Notes under the pieces: model-generated
What the model saw: only the letters and a program-made list of their open reading frames with translations
What the model was told of the DNA's origin: nothing
Database searches by the model: none
IMG/VR virus record: IMGVR_UViG_3300028840_001395
Coordinates: 186,001 to 250,000 of that record
Direction: 5' to 3' (one strand)
Length of the DNA: 64,000 nucleotides
Part shown: positions 63,443 through 64,000 of the stretch, in pieces
How positions within the stretch are numbered: the stretch's first letter is position 1
How the letters are laid out: each line of letters begins with the position of its first letter
Position numbers and translations under genes: made by a program

Positions 63443-64000
63443 CTAGCTCGCGTTGGCCTTGCGGAAGCGGTCGTAGCACTCGGACTCGGTGACCTCGCGG
63501 CCCAGCTCCTTGAACAGCGCCCGGAGCGCCCGGTTGTAGGCGGTGGACCGGCGCTGGACCTCGGAGCGGCTGCACTCGCCGTCGCAGGTCAGGTTCTCGG
63601 GCGACAGGTTCCCGTACACCCGGTCGATGTCATCGAGGATGTCATCCTCGTCGCGCTTGCCGGTGAGCGGGGTCACGTCGCTGCGCTTGGGGGTCCGGGT
63701 CTCGCCCGTGGTGAGCAGGAGCCGGACGCGCCCGTCGCCCAGGAAGCCCTCGACCGTGCCGGTCTCGGTGCCGTTGAAGGGGTTGGTGTAGGTCACCCGG
63801 TCGCCCACCTTGAAGTCGTGGTTCGCGCCGCCGTCCGCGTCGGGCAGGTTCGGAACCACCTGGGAGACCATCATCTTGTAGCGGCCCCCGCGAGCCCCCT
63901 CCACCAGGATGGGGTACTTGCGGTTGCGGGGCTTGAGCCCCGTGATGGTGAACTCGCGCCCCTCGCACTGGAACTTCGCGCCGAAGTGCTCGGGCTTGAG
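63443..64000 (-). CDS. Hypothetical protein, 5' end outside window; SH3-like module + NLSPENLTCDGE motif domain
   Basis: Open frame to the window edge; FKVGDRVT SH3-like segment. Confidence 0.7.
   Translation of the reverse strand, partial: LKPEHFGAKFQCEGREFTITGLKPRNRKYPILVEGARGGRYKMMVSQVVPNLPDADGGANHDFKVGDRVTYTNPFNGTETGTVEGFLGDGRVRLLLTTGETRTPKRSDVTPLTGKRDEDDILDDIDRVYGNLSPENLTCDGECSRSEVQRRSTAYNRALRALFKELGREVTESECYDRFRKANAS

Noticed and set aside
1-64000. Genome-wide TAG (code 15) or TAA reassignment
   Set aside because: Recognisable enzymes are intact under code 11 and several complete ones end at TAG or TAA at the expected C-terminus

Overview
A 64-kb piece of a large (jumbo-type) high-GC dsDNA bacteriophage genome: dense short genes, ATGA/TGATG overlaps, mostly hypothetical proteins, and no capsid, terminase or rRNA genes in the window. 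The host is possibly a myxobacterium (inference from two protein families). Recognisable genes are: an NAD-dependent DNA ligase split in two by a TnsA-like homing endonuclease; a WGR-PARP with an H-Y-E triad, plus a second WGR protein and a NADAR; pyrimidine genes (pyrF, pyrE, thyA-like, tmk, 5'-nucleotidase, UDG); a CysC-Gmd-Fcl-sulfotransferase-giant glycosyltransferase operon coupled to a peptidoglycan peptidase; a three-gene two-component cassette; and scattered RNA-repair domains. Nineteen copies of a strict bipartite promoter-like motif, (G/T)CTTAY-N17/18-TAGT(C/A)T, organise the window. The three copies carrying the TAGTAT variant all precede RNA genes rather than ORFs: two ORF-less, highly structured RNAs of about 270-300 nt, and a tandem pair of stop-codon-reading tRNAs. 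That pair is an intact amber (CUA) tRNA and an ochre (UUA) tRNA-Gln-like scaffold with a 148-nt structured insert in its variable loop. This suppressor-tRNA locus, in a genome that still uses TAG as a real stop, is the best candidate for an undescribed system. All family assignments come from motif recognition by eye; no database searches were run.
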